Shown here in pieces: positions 30,213 through 39,513 of a DNA stretch of 64,000 nt. Position 1 is the first letter of the stretch, and the number at the start of each line of letters is the position of its first letter. The position numbers were made by a program, and so were the translations under genes. Source of the DNA: Eubacteriales bacterium (GTDB lineage: Bacteria; Bacillota; Clostridia; Oscillospirales; CAG-272); the NCBI GenBank assembly GCA_045542275.1, contig JAZQKP010000038.1:9674-73673 (forward strand), read 5' to 3'. The notes beneath the pieces were generated by a model. It worked only from the letters and a program-made list of their open reading frames with translations, was not told where the DNA came from and searched no databases.

Positions 30213-31409
30213 TTAATGGTGGAAAAGTCTCATCTTTGTGAATGCCATTACCATACCGTACTTGTTAGCACAGTCAATAACAACATCATCTCTGATAGAT
30301 CCACCGGGCTCTGCGATGTAGGATACACCGCTTCTCTTTGCTCTTTCAATATTATCGCTGAATGGGAAGAATGCATCGGAGCCTACGCTAACACCTGTAA
30401 TTGTATCAAGATACTCTCTCATTTCCTCTGCTGTAAAGGGCTCAGGCTGATATGAGAAGTACTTCTGCCAATTACCGTCTGCGCAAACATCCTCTTCGTT
30501 CTTATTGATGTAGCCGTCAATTACATTATCTCTGTCAGGACGGGATACTGTGGGCAAGAAAGGAAGGTTAAGAACCTTATCATGCTGTCTTAAATGCCAT
30601 GTATCTGCCTTGGTGCCTGCAAGACGTGTACAGTGAATTCTTGACTGCTGACCTGCACCGACACCGATAGCCTGTCCGTTATATGCATAGCAAACAGAGT
30701 TTGACTGTGTATACTTAAGAGTGATAAGAGAAATTATAAGATCGATAAGAGCATTCTCGGGAAGCTCCTTATTTTCTGTTACGATATCAGAGAAAAGCTC
30801 TCTGTCAATTTTAAAGTTGTTTCTTCCCTGCTCAAAGGTAATACCGTATACCTGCTTACGCTCAATAAGCTCGGGAACATAGCTTTCGTCAATCTTAACG
30901 ATATTATAATTACCCTTTTTCTTTGTTTTAAGAATTTCAAGGGCTTCGTCTGTATATCCGGGAGCAATAACGCCATCGGAGATTTCTCTCTTGATAAGCA
31001 TAGCTGTTGTTACATCACATACGTCGGAAAGAGCTATCCAGTCACCGAAGGAGCTCATTCTGTCTGTACCTCTCGCTCTTGCATAAGCGCAAGCCAAGGG
31101 GGACTCATCAAGACCTTCAATATCATCAACAAAGCAAGCCTTTTTAAGCTTTTCGGGAAGCTTGATGCCTACTGCTGCTGATGTAGGGCTTACGTGCTTA
31201 AAGGATGTAGCACAGGGTAAGCCTGTTGCCTCCTTAAGCTCCTTAACAAGCTGCCATGAATTGAATGCATCAAGGAAATTTATGTAACCGGGTCTGCCAC
31301 AAAGAATTTCAATAGGAAGCTCTTCTCCGTTTTCCATATAAATCTTGGACGGCTTCTGATTAGGGTTACAGCCGTATTTAAGTTCAAATTCTTTCATCTT
31401 CTTCACCAA
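30213..31409 (-). CDS. purH: AICAR formyltransferase (PurH transformylase domain only, no MGS-like cyclohydrolase domain)
   Basis: 398 aa with YGCNPNQ, SFKHVSPTSAAVG and IGVGAGQQSRIHCTRLA motifs of the AICARFT domain. The start is uncertain (TTG 31409, GTG 31406 or ATG 31397). Confidence 0.85.
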   Translation of the reverse strand: MVKKMKEFELKYGCNPNQKPSKIYMENGEELPIEILCGRPGYINFLDAFNSWQLVKELKEATGLPCATSFKHVSPTSAAVGIKLPEKLKKACFVDDIEGLDESPLACAYARARGTDRMSSFGDWIALSDVCDVTTAMLIKREISDGVIAPGYTDEALEILKTKKKGNYNIVKIDESYVPELIERKQVYGITFEQGRNNFKIDRELFSDIVTENKELPENALIDLIISLITLKYTQSNSVCYAYNGQAIGVGAGQQSRIHCTRLAGTKADTWHLRQHDKVLNLPFLPTVSRPDRDNVIDGYINKNEEDVCADGNWQKYFSYQPEPFTAEEMREYLDTITGVSVGSDAFFPFSDNIERAKRSGVSYIAEPGGSIRDDVVIDCANKYGMVMAFTKMRLFHH

Positions 31410-31420
31410 GCCCTTCGAAA

Positions 31421-32137
31421 TTATTTATTCTTATTTACAATTCTGGTTTCAGCTTCGCCTGTTGCAATGTCGATGTATCTTACAAAAAGTGAAACCTTGT
31501 TATCTTCGTTAAGATTTGTCCAGATAAGGTCTGTGAGTGTATCAATATCTACATCAGGAAGCTCAAGTGTTTTAGGCTCACCCTCAAAGAAAGGAAGAGG
31601 ATTGCCGTCACAGTTGTATGTATGGATAAACTTTGCCATACCTGCCTTGGGATTTGAATATGCATATGTAAATCTTTCACAGGAGCTATCATCACCCTCT
31701 GCACTCTTGAGTATGGACATTGCAAAATTCATTCCATTGCTTTCACGACGGATAATACCTGAAATACGGGGGGTAAAGTTAGGCTTGTCATCCTCAAATT
31801 CTCTTGTGCGGAGAGCCTGTTCAAAGGTCATCTGCTTATCCATAAGGTTGTAGATTGTATCTGTCTGGTCACCGTTTGTAACGATTGTCTTATTTCCAAG
31901 AACTCTTACAGGATAGTAAATGATAAGATGTGGGTCTGTCATCTTAGACTCATCAAAAGCCTTTGTGCGCATTGCGTCACCCTCAGCAACGAATACTCTG
32001 TTACGACTGTTTTCACTTCTACCCATAATGAAATATGCGGTTACTGCCTTTTTACTGTCGGCACTCTTACCGATTATAATTCCTCTGCCGTGATAAGCAA
32101 GAGAGTTAAGCTCATTTGCAATAGTTGAAACCTTCAT
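31421..32137 (-). CDS. IMP cyclohydrolase, archaeal PurO-like
   Basis: About 238 aa beginning YHGRGIIIGKS...AYFIMGRSENSRNR, which I recognise as the PurO-type IMP cyclohydrolase family found next to transformylase-only purH in Clostridia. The ATG at 32137 has a GAGGAG RBS. Confidence 0.75.
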   Translation of the reverse strand: MKVSTIANELNSLAYHGRGIIIGKSADSKKAVTAYFIMGRSENSRNRVFVAEGDAMRTKAFDESKMTDPHLIIYYPVRVLGNKTIVTNGDQTDTIYNLMDKQMTFEQALRTREFEDDKPNFTPRISGIIRRESNGMNFAMSILKSAEGDDSSCERFTYAYSNPKAGMAKFIHTYNCDGNPLPFFEGEPKTLELPDVDIDTLTDLIWTNLNEDNKVSLFVRYIDIATGEAETRIVNKNK

Positions 32138-32147
32138 TGTTATCTCC

Positions 32148-32777
32148 TCATTTAATATAAACCTTGTTGTCCTTGACAGTAAGTCTGTCCTCACAGAAAA
32201 GCTTTACTGCCTCAGGTAAAATCTTCCATTCTGCCTCTTCCATAATTCGTACCTGAAGAGTTTCCGGAGTGTCGTTCTCCTTAACCTCGACAGCCTTCTG
32301 AAGAATTATAGGACCTGCATCGCATTCGGGTGTAACGATATGAACGGTAGCGCCCGAAACCTTAACACCCTTTTCAAGTGCAGCCTCATGAACATGAAGT
32401 CCGTAATATCCCTTACCGCAGAAGGAAGGAATAAGTGCAGGGTGAACATTTATAATTCTGTTAGGAAATGCCTCATAAACCTGCTCATCAAAAATTGTAA
32501 GAAAGCCCGCAAGCACTACAAGGTCAATTTTTTCTTCCACAAGTGTATCGGCAAGGGCCTTGGAATATGCCTTTATGCTATCGTATTCCTTTCGTACAAG
32601 CACCCTTGACGGAATGCTGTTATTCTTTGCCCTTTCAAGAGCATAAACACCGTCCTTGGAGGCAAGCACAAGTGAAATCTCACTTTCACCGAACATACCG
32701 TTCTTCTGTGCATCAATAAGCGCCTGAAGATTAGTACCTCCACCTGATACAAGAACTGCTATTCTTTTCTTACTCAT
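32148..32777 (-). CDS. purN: phosphoribosylglycinamide formyltransferase
   Basis: IAVLVSGGGTNLQALID, NVHPALIP and GATVH motifs. Confidence 0.93.
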   Translation of the reverse strand: MSKKRIAVLVSGGGTNLQALIDAQKNGMFGESEISLVLASKDGVYALERAKNNSIPSRVLVRKEYDSIKAYSKALADTLVEEKIDLVVLAGFLTIFDEQVYEAFPNRIINVHPALIPSFCGKGYYGLHVHEAALEKGVKVSGATVHIVTPECDAGPIILQKAVEVKENDTPETLQVRIMEEAEWKILPEAVKLFCEDRLTVKDNKVYIK

Positions 32778-33823
32778 CAGCAGAATACCACGCCTTCGTC
32801 GCCCTTTATAATTTCGCCAATAACATATGCGTCCTCACCGTGAGCCTTAAGAACCTCTATAGCCTTCTCTACTTCATTTGCAGGAACAACAATGCTCATA
32901 CCAACGCCCATGTTATATGTATTGTACATATCTCTTTCGGGAATGTTACCTGTCTTTGCAATAAGGTCAAATATAGGAAGAACCTTAACTGCGGACTTAT
33001 TGATCTTAGCAGAAAGTCCCTTAGGAATTGAACGTGGAATATTTTCGTAGAAGCCACCGCCTGTAATATGGCTAATGCCCTTTACGTTTACCTTTTCAAG
33101 AAGAGCAAGAACGGGCTTAACGTAAATTCTTGTAGGTGTAAGAAGTGTTTCTGCAATAGAAGCACCGCCAAGAGCCTCACAGGGTACATAAAGGCTATCG
33201 GGATTGTGATCAATATCGAACACCTTACGAACCAAGGAGAAGCCGTTTGAATGTACACCGCTTGAAGGAAGTGCAATAACTACATCACCCTCAACCATCT
33301 TAGTGTTATCAAGAACCTTTTTCTTATCAACTATACCAACTGCAAAGCCAGCAAGGTCGTAATCCTCAACAGGCATCATACCGGGATGCTCTGCTGTTTC
33401 TCCACCGATAAGAGCTGCACCGGACTGTACGCAGCCCTCAGCAACACCACCAACTATTGATGCAATCTTTTCGGGAATGTTTTTTCCACATGCAATGTAG
33501 TCAAGGAAGAACAAGGGCTTTGCGCCTACGCAGATAATATCGTTAACGCACATAGCAACTGCGTCAATACCGATAGTATCGTGCTTATCCATCAAAATTG
33601 CCATTTTTACCTTTGTTCCGCAACCGTCAGTTCCGGAAACAAGAATGGGCTCCTCCATTCCTGCAATAGGAAGACCGAAGCAGCCACCAAAGCCGCCAAT
33701 GTCGTCAACGCAACCGTCATTCTTGGTGCGTGCAATGTGGGATTTCATAAGTTCAACTGCTTTGTAACCGGCGGTAATATCAACGCCTGCTGCTGCGTAG
33801 CTTTCAGATCTTGAATTTTTCAC
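32777..33823 (-). CDS. purM: phosphoribosylformylglycinamidine cyclo-ligase (AIR synthetase)
   Basis: YAAAGVDI start, LVSGTDGCGTK, GGETAEHPG and SSGVHSNGFSL motifs. Confidence 0.95.
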   Translation of the reverse strand: MKNSRSESYAAAGVDITAGYKAVELMKSHIARTKNDGCVDDIGGFGGCFGLPIAGMEEPILVSGTDGCGTKVKMAILMDKHDTIGIDAVAMCVNDIICVGAKPLFFLDYIACGKNIPEKIASIVGGVAEGCVQSGAALIGGETAEHPGMMPVEDYDLAGFAVGIVDKKKVLDNTKMVEGDVVIALPSSGVHSNGFSLVRKVFDIDHNPDSLYVPCEALGGASIAETLLTPTRIYVKPVLALLEKVNVKGISHITGGGFYENIPRSIPKGLSAKINKSAVKVLPIFDLIAKTGNIPERDMYNTYNMGVGMSIVVPANEVEKAIEVLKAHGEDAYVIGEIIKGDEGVVFC

Positions 33824-33825
33824 TG

Positions 33826-35238
33826 TTATTTCTCACTTTCTGACAATTTGATATCGTATTTATTTCTATTTGTTGTGCTGGGGGGATTTGTAGGATAGTT
33901 TCCATCAAAACATGCTGTACAATAGCCCTTACAGCTACCACCGTCGCCAAGATGAACAACATCCTCAAGATTAAGGAAGCCTAAGGAATCGACACCGAAA
34001 ATCTTTTCCATTTCCTCTGTTGTATGATTGCATGCAACAAGGACATCCTTAGACTCAATATCTGTACCGTAATAGCATGGATTCAAGAATTTGGGAGCTG
34101 AGGAACGAAGGTGTATTTCCTTAGCGCCAGCCTCACGAAGAAGCTTAACAATTCTTGCACAGGTAGTGCCACGAACGATAGAGTCATCAACAAGCACTAT
34201 TCTCTTTCCCTTGACTGTATTTGAAACAGGATTTAACTTTATGCGCACCTTATCCTCACGAACATTCTGTCCGGGAGCAATAAAAGTTCTGCCAATGTAT
34301 TTATTCTTGATAAGACCTATACCGTAAGGAATTCCGGATTGCTCTGCATAACCGATAGCAGCCTCAAGACCGGAATCGGGAACGCCGACTACTACATCGG
34401 CTTCAACAGGATGTGCCTTTGCAAGGAATGCACCTGCTCTCTTTCTTGCGGCCTGTACAGCACAATTGCTTATTACAGAATCGGGACGCGCTGTGTAAAG
34501 GAACTCAAATACGCAAAGTCTTTCGGGCTGTTTATTACAATGATCTCTGATTGATTTTATGCCGTCCTTTGAAAATACGATTATTTCACCGGGTTCTACG
34601 TCTCTTATAAATGTAGCTCCGACTGCATCTAAAGCACAGCTTTCGCTGGCGATTACATATTCGTTTTCTCCACGCATACCGTAGCAAAGAGGATGCATAC
34701 CCATTTCGTCTCTCGCTGCAATCATCTTCTGAGATGACATAATGATAAGTGAATAAGCACCCTTAAGGCTATTCATTGCTTCATTCAATGCATTCTCAAT
34801 AGATCCAACCTTAAGACGAGCTCTTGTAATTACATACGCAATTACTTCAGCGTCACATGAGCTATGGAATATTGCACCTGAAAGCTCAAGCTCACGCCTT
34901 AATTCGGGGTAATTAACAAGTGAGCTTTGTGCGGCTACAGCAAGCTTACCCTTAACGTGATTAACAACGAAGGGCTCTGTATTTACCTTATCCTTGGTTT
35001 GAAGAGTGCCGTAGCGTACATGACCAAGCGCCATTTTACCCATTCCCAAATGGGTCATAGCACTGTGTGTGAACACATCATTTACAAGTCCTGTATCCTT
35101 ATGTACTCTGAAAAGACCGTCATCGTTAACAACTATACCACAGCTTTCCTGACCTCTGTGCTGAAGGGCATAAAGTCCATAATATGCGCTGGAGGCAACA
35201 TTTGCTGTTTTGTTTCCTATGATACCAAAAACTGACAT
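33826..35238 (-). CDS. purF: amidophosphoribosyltransferase
   Basis: An Ntn glutaminase domain (GLYALQHRGQESCGI), the PRTase motif VLVDDSIVRGTT, and C-terminal Cys residues consistent with a 4Fe-4S type. The propeptide and start are short (MSVFGIIG...). In the tracked frame the residue preceding G is F rather than the usual catalytic C, so the N-terminus deserves a check. Confidence 0.9.
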   Translation of the reverse strand: MSVFGIIGNKTANVASSAYYGLYALQHRGQESCGIVVNDDGLFRVHKDTGLVNDVFTHSAMTHLGMGKMALGHVRYGTLQTKDKVNTEPFVVNHVKGKLAVAAQSSLVNYPELRRELELSGAIFHSSCDAEVIAYVITRARLKVGSIENALNEAMNSLKGAYSLIIMSSQKMIAARDEMGMHPLCYGMRGENEYVIASESCALDAVGATFIRDVEPGEIIVFSKDGIKSIRDHCNKQPERLCVFEFLYTARPDSVISNCAVQAARKRAGAFLAKAHPVEADVVVGVPDSGLEAAIGYAEQSGIPYGIGLIKNKYIGRTFIAPGQNVREDKVRIKLNPVSNTVKGKRIVLVDDSIVRGTTCARIVKLLREAGAKEIHLRSSAPKFLNPCYYGTDIESKDVLVACNHTTEEMEKIFGVDSLGFLNLEDVVHLGDGGSCKGYCTACFDGNYPTNPPSTTNRNKYDIKLSESEK

Positions 35239-35263
35239 ATATCTACTCTCCTATGAGCTTAGC

Positions 35264-35758
35264 TCATCTATTATACTTTTCCTCAATTTCTTTATTCTTC
35301 AAAAGAACCTTTTCTGTTCCTTTTTTTCTTGCATCTAGAAGCTTATCATAAAGCTCAGTATCAGATAATGCAAGCATCTGTATAGCAAGTATAGCTGCAT
35401 TTGCAGCACCATCAATGGCAACTGTGGCAACAGGAATACCTGAGGGCATCTGTACTGTCGCAAGAAGTGCGTCCATACCACCTGTATTTTTACAGGAAAC
35501 AGGAATACCAATAACAGGAAGAACCGTGTTAGCAGCAATTGCGCCTGCCAAGTGGGCAGCCATACCGGCTGCTGCAATCAATACACCAAAGCCGTTATCC
35601 TTTGCATTCTTAACAAAATCAGCGGTTTCAATTGGTGTTCTGTGTGCGGAATATACGTGAACCTCGAATGGAACACCATATTCCTTAAGTACATTAATTC
35701 CCTTTTCAACTATGGGTAAATCGCTATCACTACCCATGATGATTGCTACTTTTTTCAT
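35264..35758 (-). CDS. purE: 5-(carboxyamino)imidazole ribonucleotide mutase / AIR carboxylase catalytic subunit
   Basis: IIMGSDSDLP, SAHRTP and AAGMAAHLAG motifs. First gene of the pur operon. Confidence 0.93.
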   Translation of the reverse strand: MKKVAIIMGSDSDLPIVEKGINVLKEYGVPFEVHVYSAHRTPIETADFVKNAKDNGFGVLIAAAGMAAHLAGAIAANTVLPVIGIPVSCKNTGGMDALLATVQMPSGIPVATVAIDGAANAAILAIQMLALSDTELYDKLLDARKKGTEKVLLKNKEIEEKYNR

Positions 35759-35783
35759 ATATTTCTCCTTTGAATAATTTTAC

Positions 35784-35890
35784 AAAAACAAAAAAGGACA
35801 GTCCTCCCCTAAAGGTAGAGCTGCCCAGACGGTCGACAAACAGGATTTTTGCTTCCATGCGGTTATCCGCTTCCGTCAGTCACAAAAACC
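35784..35890 (-). promoter_or_regulatory. ZTP (pfl-motif) riboswitch with overlapping intrinsic terminator
   Basis: The minus strand reads GGTTTTTG-TGACTGACGGAAGCGGATAACCGCATGGAAG-CAAAAATCC ... GTCGACCGTCTGGGCAG. P1 is GGTTTTTG/CAAAAA(T)CC, P2 is the hairpin GCGG-ATAA-CCGC, and the conserved 5' TGACTG(G>A)CG and 3' CCG(C>T)CTGGGCA boxes are present. GGGCAG then forms the 5' arm of a hairpin ending in a TTTTTTGTTTTTG run. It sits directly upstream of purE. Confidence 0.85.
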
Positions 35891-35906
35891 TTTACCTTCA
35901 TGATTC

Positions 35907-35936
35907 ATTTTATCATATTATAAGGATATTTGTCAA
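35907..35936 (-). promoter_or_regulatory. sigma-A type promoter of the pur operon leader
   Basis: Minus strand: TTGACA - 18 nt - TAAAAT with TGa extended -10. Confidence 0.55.
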
Positions 35937-36011
35937 TATATAAATTACTTTCGAAATATAAAAAAAACATCTGTTGAAAACTGATTTTTTGTTATATATG
36001 CTAAAATGATG

Positions 36012-36857
36012 TCAGCTTAATGCTGATGTGTGAATGATATAGTCATTAAATAAATCGTCCTGAAGCATTTTAAGTAAATCAGGTGCTCTGCCACCTACAG
36101 AACAGCCATTCACGGTTTTTACACCTCTTGCAAGCTTGCTTGAGCTTGTAATAATTATTTCGTCAGCTGACATAAGCTCATTTTCAGTATACTCTCTTTC
36201 CACAACAGCGATCCCCTGATCAAGAGCTGAATTCATTAACTTAGCCCTTGCAACACCCGGCAAAATATGAGAATTGGCAGGGTGAGTTATAAGAGCCTTG
36301 CCCTTCAATATGGAAATATTACAATGAGAGCCCTCTGTAACAATTTTATTTCTTACAAAAATTGCTTCCTCGGTTCCCTTTTCGTAGGCATATTGAGCTG
36401 CCAAGACGCTTGGGAGAAGATTGAGAGTTTTTATATTGCAATACTGAAATCTTTTGTCTTCATAAGTAACAGTATCAACCTTTTCGTATATATTCCCTAT
36501 TTTGTAGGGAGTTATAAAAATACACAGATTTCCCTTGCCACCTTTATACACATGTGAGCGTAGTTCACTACCTCTTGATACATGAAAATATACAAATTTT
36601 TCTTCTCCATCAACTCTTCTTATAAGAGTACAAATCAGGCAAAAAAGCTCCTCCTTGTCAAGTGGCACTTCAATTGATAAAAGACTGCTGTTTTTATAAA
36701 ATCTCTCAATATGCTCAGACAATAAATATGGGATATTATTTCGGCACATTACCGCATCATATACCCCGTCTCCGAAGTAGAATGCCCTATCCGTAATTGG
36801 AACAGACAATTCCTCAATGAGTCCAGTTTTACCGTTATAATATCCCAAATTTTTCAT
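36012..36857 (-). CDS. dat: D-amino acid (D-alanine) aminotransferase, fold type IV
   Basis: Aligns by eye along its length with Bacillus Dat: DRAFYFGDGVYD (vs DRGYQFGDGVYE), VSRGSELRSH, CNIKTLNLL (vs CDIKSLNLL), VTEGSHCNI and THPANSHILPGVAR (vs THPANNMILKGITR). Confidence 0.75.
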   Translation of the reverse strand: MKNLGYYNGKTGLIEELSVPITDRAFYFGDGVYDAVMCRNNIPYLLSEHIERFYKNSSLLSIEVPLDKEELFCLICTLIRRVDGEEKFVYFHVSRGSELRSHVYKGGKGNLCIFITPYKIGNIYEKVDTVTYEDKRFQYCNIKTLNLLPSVLAAQYAYEKGTEEAIFVRNKIVTEGSHCNISILKGKALITHPANSHILPGVARAKLMNSALDQGIAVVEREYTENELMSADEIIITSSSKLARGVKTVNGCSVGGRAPDLLKMLQDDLFNDYIIHTSALS

Positions 36858-36872
36858 TAATATAACCTCCGA

Positions 36873-39161
36873 TTAAGCGAAAACGTATTCTTTGTTAGCA
36901 GCAAGCTTAACAACTGTATCCTTGCCGTCTACATTTATTATAGTAGTTTGCTCAATCGGTGTTTCCAATTTCAAGGAAGAAAGTTTCGAGTCTTTCCACT
37001 CAATATCGACCTTTATATTGCCTTTTGCCAAAATTCCACAGATTTTTCCATTTTTGAAATCGGATGGCAATGCGGGAAGGATCTTAAGCTTACCGTCCTC
37101 ACACTGAAGGAACATCTGTGTAATACCTGCGGTAACGCCAAAGTTACCGTCTATTTGGAACGGAGGATGTGCATCAAACATATTAGCGTATGTTCCACCA
37201 CCATCCCATACCTTATCATCATTTGTGGGATCAACAAATTTAAGCTGTGTCTTTACAAGCTTAAGTGCCCTATCGCCGTCCTTAAGCTTAGCCCAGAGAC
37301 AAACCTTCCAGCCCATGCTCCAGCCTGTGCTTTCGTCTCCTCTTCTCTCAAGAGTACGACGGCAAGCATTAGCAAGCTCAGGTGTGCTTTCGGTTGTTAT
37401 AAGTGTACCGGGGTACATACCGTAGAGGTGAGATACATGTCTATGGTGAATATCTCTTTCCTCGTATTCCTCATCATACTCAAGAAGCTGACCGTCAGAG
37501 CCGATTTCATAAACATTTACCAAAGGTAACTTTGCTTTCACTTCCTTCACAAAATCATCATCAATGCCAAGAATCTCAGCACTTGTAATAATGTTTCTGA
37601 AAAGATCCTCAACTATACCCTGTGACATTGCTGTGTAAAGAGCTGTTGATGTACCGTAGCCATTCTTATTGAAGGCATTTTCAGGTGATGTAGATGGGCA
37701 AACGATAAGCTTTCCATTGTTCTCTATCATTATATCAAGATAAAAGATAGCACATTCCTTCATAATGGGATATGCTGTCTTTTCAAGGAATTCCTTATCA
37801 AGTGTATATTCATAGTGCTCAAAGAGATGACGGCAAAGCCAACCTGAAGAACCATTCCAGTATGCATATCCTGCACAGCCAGCTCTCTTATTACCAACGG
37901 GTGTGGTATTTGCCCAAAGGTCAATATTGTGGTGAGAAGTAAATCCCTTGGCATGATAAAAATGCTTTGCAGTCTCAACACCGTTTTTGCTTACATTAGA
38001 AACTAATTCAACCATAGGAAGATTACAGCTTACAAGATTGGACATAAGAACCGGCCAATAGTTCATTTCTGTATTGATGTTCACAGTATAGTTGGAGGAC
38101 CAGGCAGCATAAAACTTTTCATTCCAGATACCCTGAAGGTTAGTAGCCTTAGAGCCCTCACGGGAAGACGCAATAATAAGATATCTTCCGAAATTGTAAA
38201 GAAGCTCGCAAAGTCCTACATCTTTATTTTTGTCAAGAAGACGTTCATTTGTCATCTTCTCGCTCTTCTCGCCACCGAAATCGACAGTAACACGATTGTA
38301 AAGTGAGCTTACGTCAGCAATATGTGTCTTACGAATATCATCATAACTTTTTTCACTGAGCTTCTCAACTCTTTCAAGACAAGGCTTGAATGTAGGCTTA
38401 TCTGGAAGCTTATCAAAAGCTACAAAGCTTGTTTCAGCGCAGAAATAAAGTGTAACATCTGTAGAATCCTTAATTACAACCTTTTCCCACTGATATTCAC
38501 TTTTTCCGTCACATACAACCTTAGCAATACCGGTTACCTTTACGCCGTCACCATCATATATAATAGGCTTTTCGTGGCTTGCGTATTCTGGTGCAATCTG
38601 TGAGGGACATTCGCCAACAAGATAAAGCTTATCCTTTGCAGCTGAGACAGCGCTCTTACCGATACAGTCTCCTGTAAGCTCGTAAGTAACAGGCTTTGAG
38701 GAATGAAGCTTAACCATCATGCAGTTGTCAGGAAATGAAACAAAATATTCTCTTTCAAAATCAATTCCGTCCTCGGAATATTTAACATTAACAATCGAAT
38801 TTTCAAGGTCAAGGGTACGAAGATAATTTGAAGGAGCTGCACTAGAGCCTACTCTTGTAATATAAAGGGTACCGAGATAAAGATATGAATTGAGCCACGT
38901 TCCCGAAAAGCCTTTTTCAAGCTCCCACTGAGCATCATTATTTCTACCCTCAAGCACAAGCTTTTTTGCAAGTTCATTTGCTTCATAAGCTGTATCTACC
39001 ATTTGCTGACCGGGCTTTCCTGACCAAAGTGTATCGTGATTAAGTGAAATTCTTTCTTTATCTGTACGGCCGTATACCATTGCACCTAGCTGACCGTTAC
39101 CTAAGGGTAAAGCCTCCTCAAAAACCTTTGCAGATGACGAATATTTAAGTAAATTTTCCAT
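36873..39161 (-). CDS. glycoside hydrolase family 95 (alpha-L-fucosidase type)
   Basis: 762 aa. N-terminal EALPLGNGQLGAMVYG...NHDTLWSGKPG, central NLQGIWN and NYTVNINTEMNYWP, then GWLCRHLFEHY and TSPENAF. These are segments characteristic of GH95. No signal peptide. Confidence 0.85.
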   Translation of the reverse strand: MENLLKYSSSAKVFEEALPLGNGQLGAMVYGRTDKERISLNHDTLWSGKPGQQMVDTAYEANELAKKLVLEGRNNDAQWELEKGFSGTWLNSYLYLGTLYITRVGSSAAPSNYLRTLDLENSIVNVKYSEDGIDFEREYFVSFPDNCMMVKLHSSKPVTYELTGDCIGKSAVSAAKDKLYLVGECPSQIAPEYASHEKPIIYDGDGVKVTGIAKVVCDGKSEYQWEKVVIKDSTDVTLYFCAETSFVAFDKLPDKPTFKPCLERVEKLSEKSYDDIRKTHIADVSSLYNRVTVDFGGEKSEKMTNERLLDKNKDVGLCELLYNFGRYLIIASSREGSKATNLQGIWNEKFYAAWSSNYTVNINTEMNYWPVLMSNLVSCNLPMVELVSNVSKNGVETAKHFYHAKGFTSHHNIDLWANTTPVGNKRAGCAGYAYWNGSSGWLCRHLFEHYEYTLDKEFLEKTAYPIMKECAIFYLDIMIENNGKLIVCPSTSPENAFNKNGYGTSTALYTAMSQGIVEDLFRNIITSAEILGIDDDFVKEVKAKLPLVNVYEIGSDGQLLEYDEEYEERDIHHRHVSHLYGMYPGTLITTESTPELANACRRTLERRGDESTGWSMGWKVCLWAKLKDGDRALKLVKTQLKFVDPTNDDKVWDGGGTYANMFDAHPPFQIDGNFGVTAGITQMFLQCEDGKLKILPALPSDFKNGKICGILAKGNIKVDIEWKDSKLSSLKLETPIEQTTIINVDGKDTVVKLAANKEYVFA

Positions 39162-39207
39162 ATTTATTTCTCCAAAAAGTTATTTATAAAATCCATTTGA
39201 CATAAAC

Positions 39208-39453
39208 TTACAATGAACTATTAAGTTTCTCTATGCAGCTTTTACATACACGCTTATCGTTAAAAAGAACGTTGTCTGCAGTGCTTCCGCAAAAAATACA
39301 ACAGGGCTGGTATTTTTTAAGAATGATTTTATCATCTTCAATAAAAATTTCCAATGCATCCTTAGGATTGATATCAAATTTAGTGCGGATTTCCATAGGG
39401 AGAACTATACGACCAAGCTCATCAAGCTTACGAGTGATACCTGTAGAATTCAT
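39208..39453 (-). CDS. abrB: AbrB-family transition-state regulator (clostridial type with C-terminal CxxC...CxxC)
   Basis: STGITRKLDELGRIVLPMEIRTKFDINPKDALEIFIEDDKIILKKY is the swapped-hairpin AbrB N-domain. The C-terminus is CIFCGS...CKSC. AAAGGAG RBS. Confidence 0.8.
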   Translation of the reverse strand: MNSTGITRKLDELGRIVLPMEIRTKFDINPKDALEIFIEDDKIILKKYQPCCIFCGSTADNVLFNDKRVCKSCIEKLNSSL

Positions 39454-39484
39454 ATGCCACTCTCCTTTAAAGTATTATGCCTAC

Positions 39485-39513
39485 ATTTTATCATATAAAG
39501 AACTTACTGTCAA
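39485..39513 (-). promoter_or_regulatory. sigma-A type promoter of abrB
   Basis: Minus strand: TTGACA - 17 nt - TAAAAT with TGa. The -35 box is one arm of the inverted repeat CTGTCAA-N6-TTGACAG (39507-39526). Confidence 0.55.
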
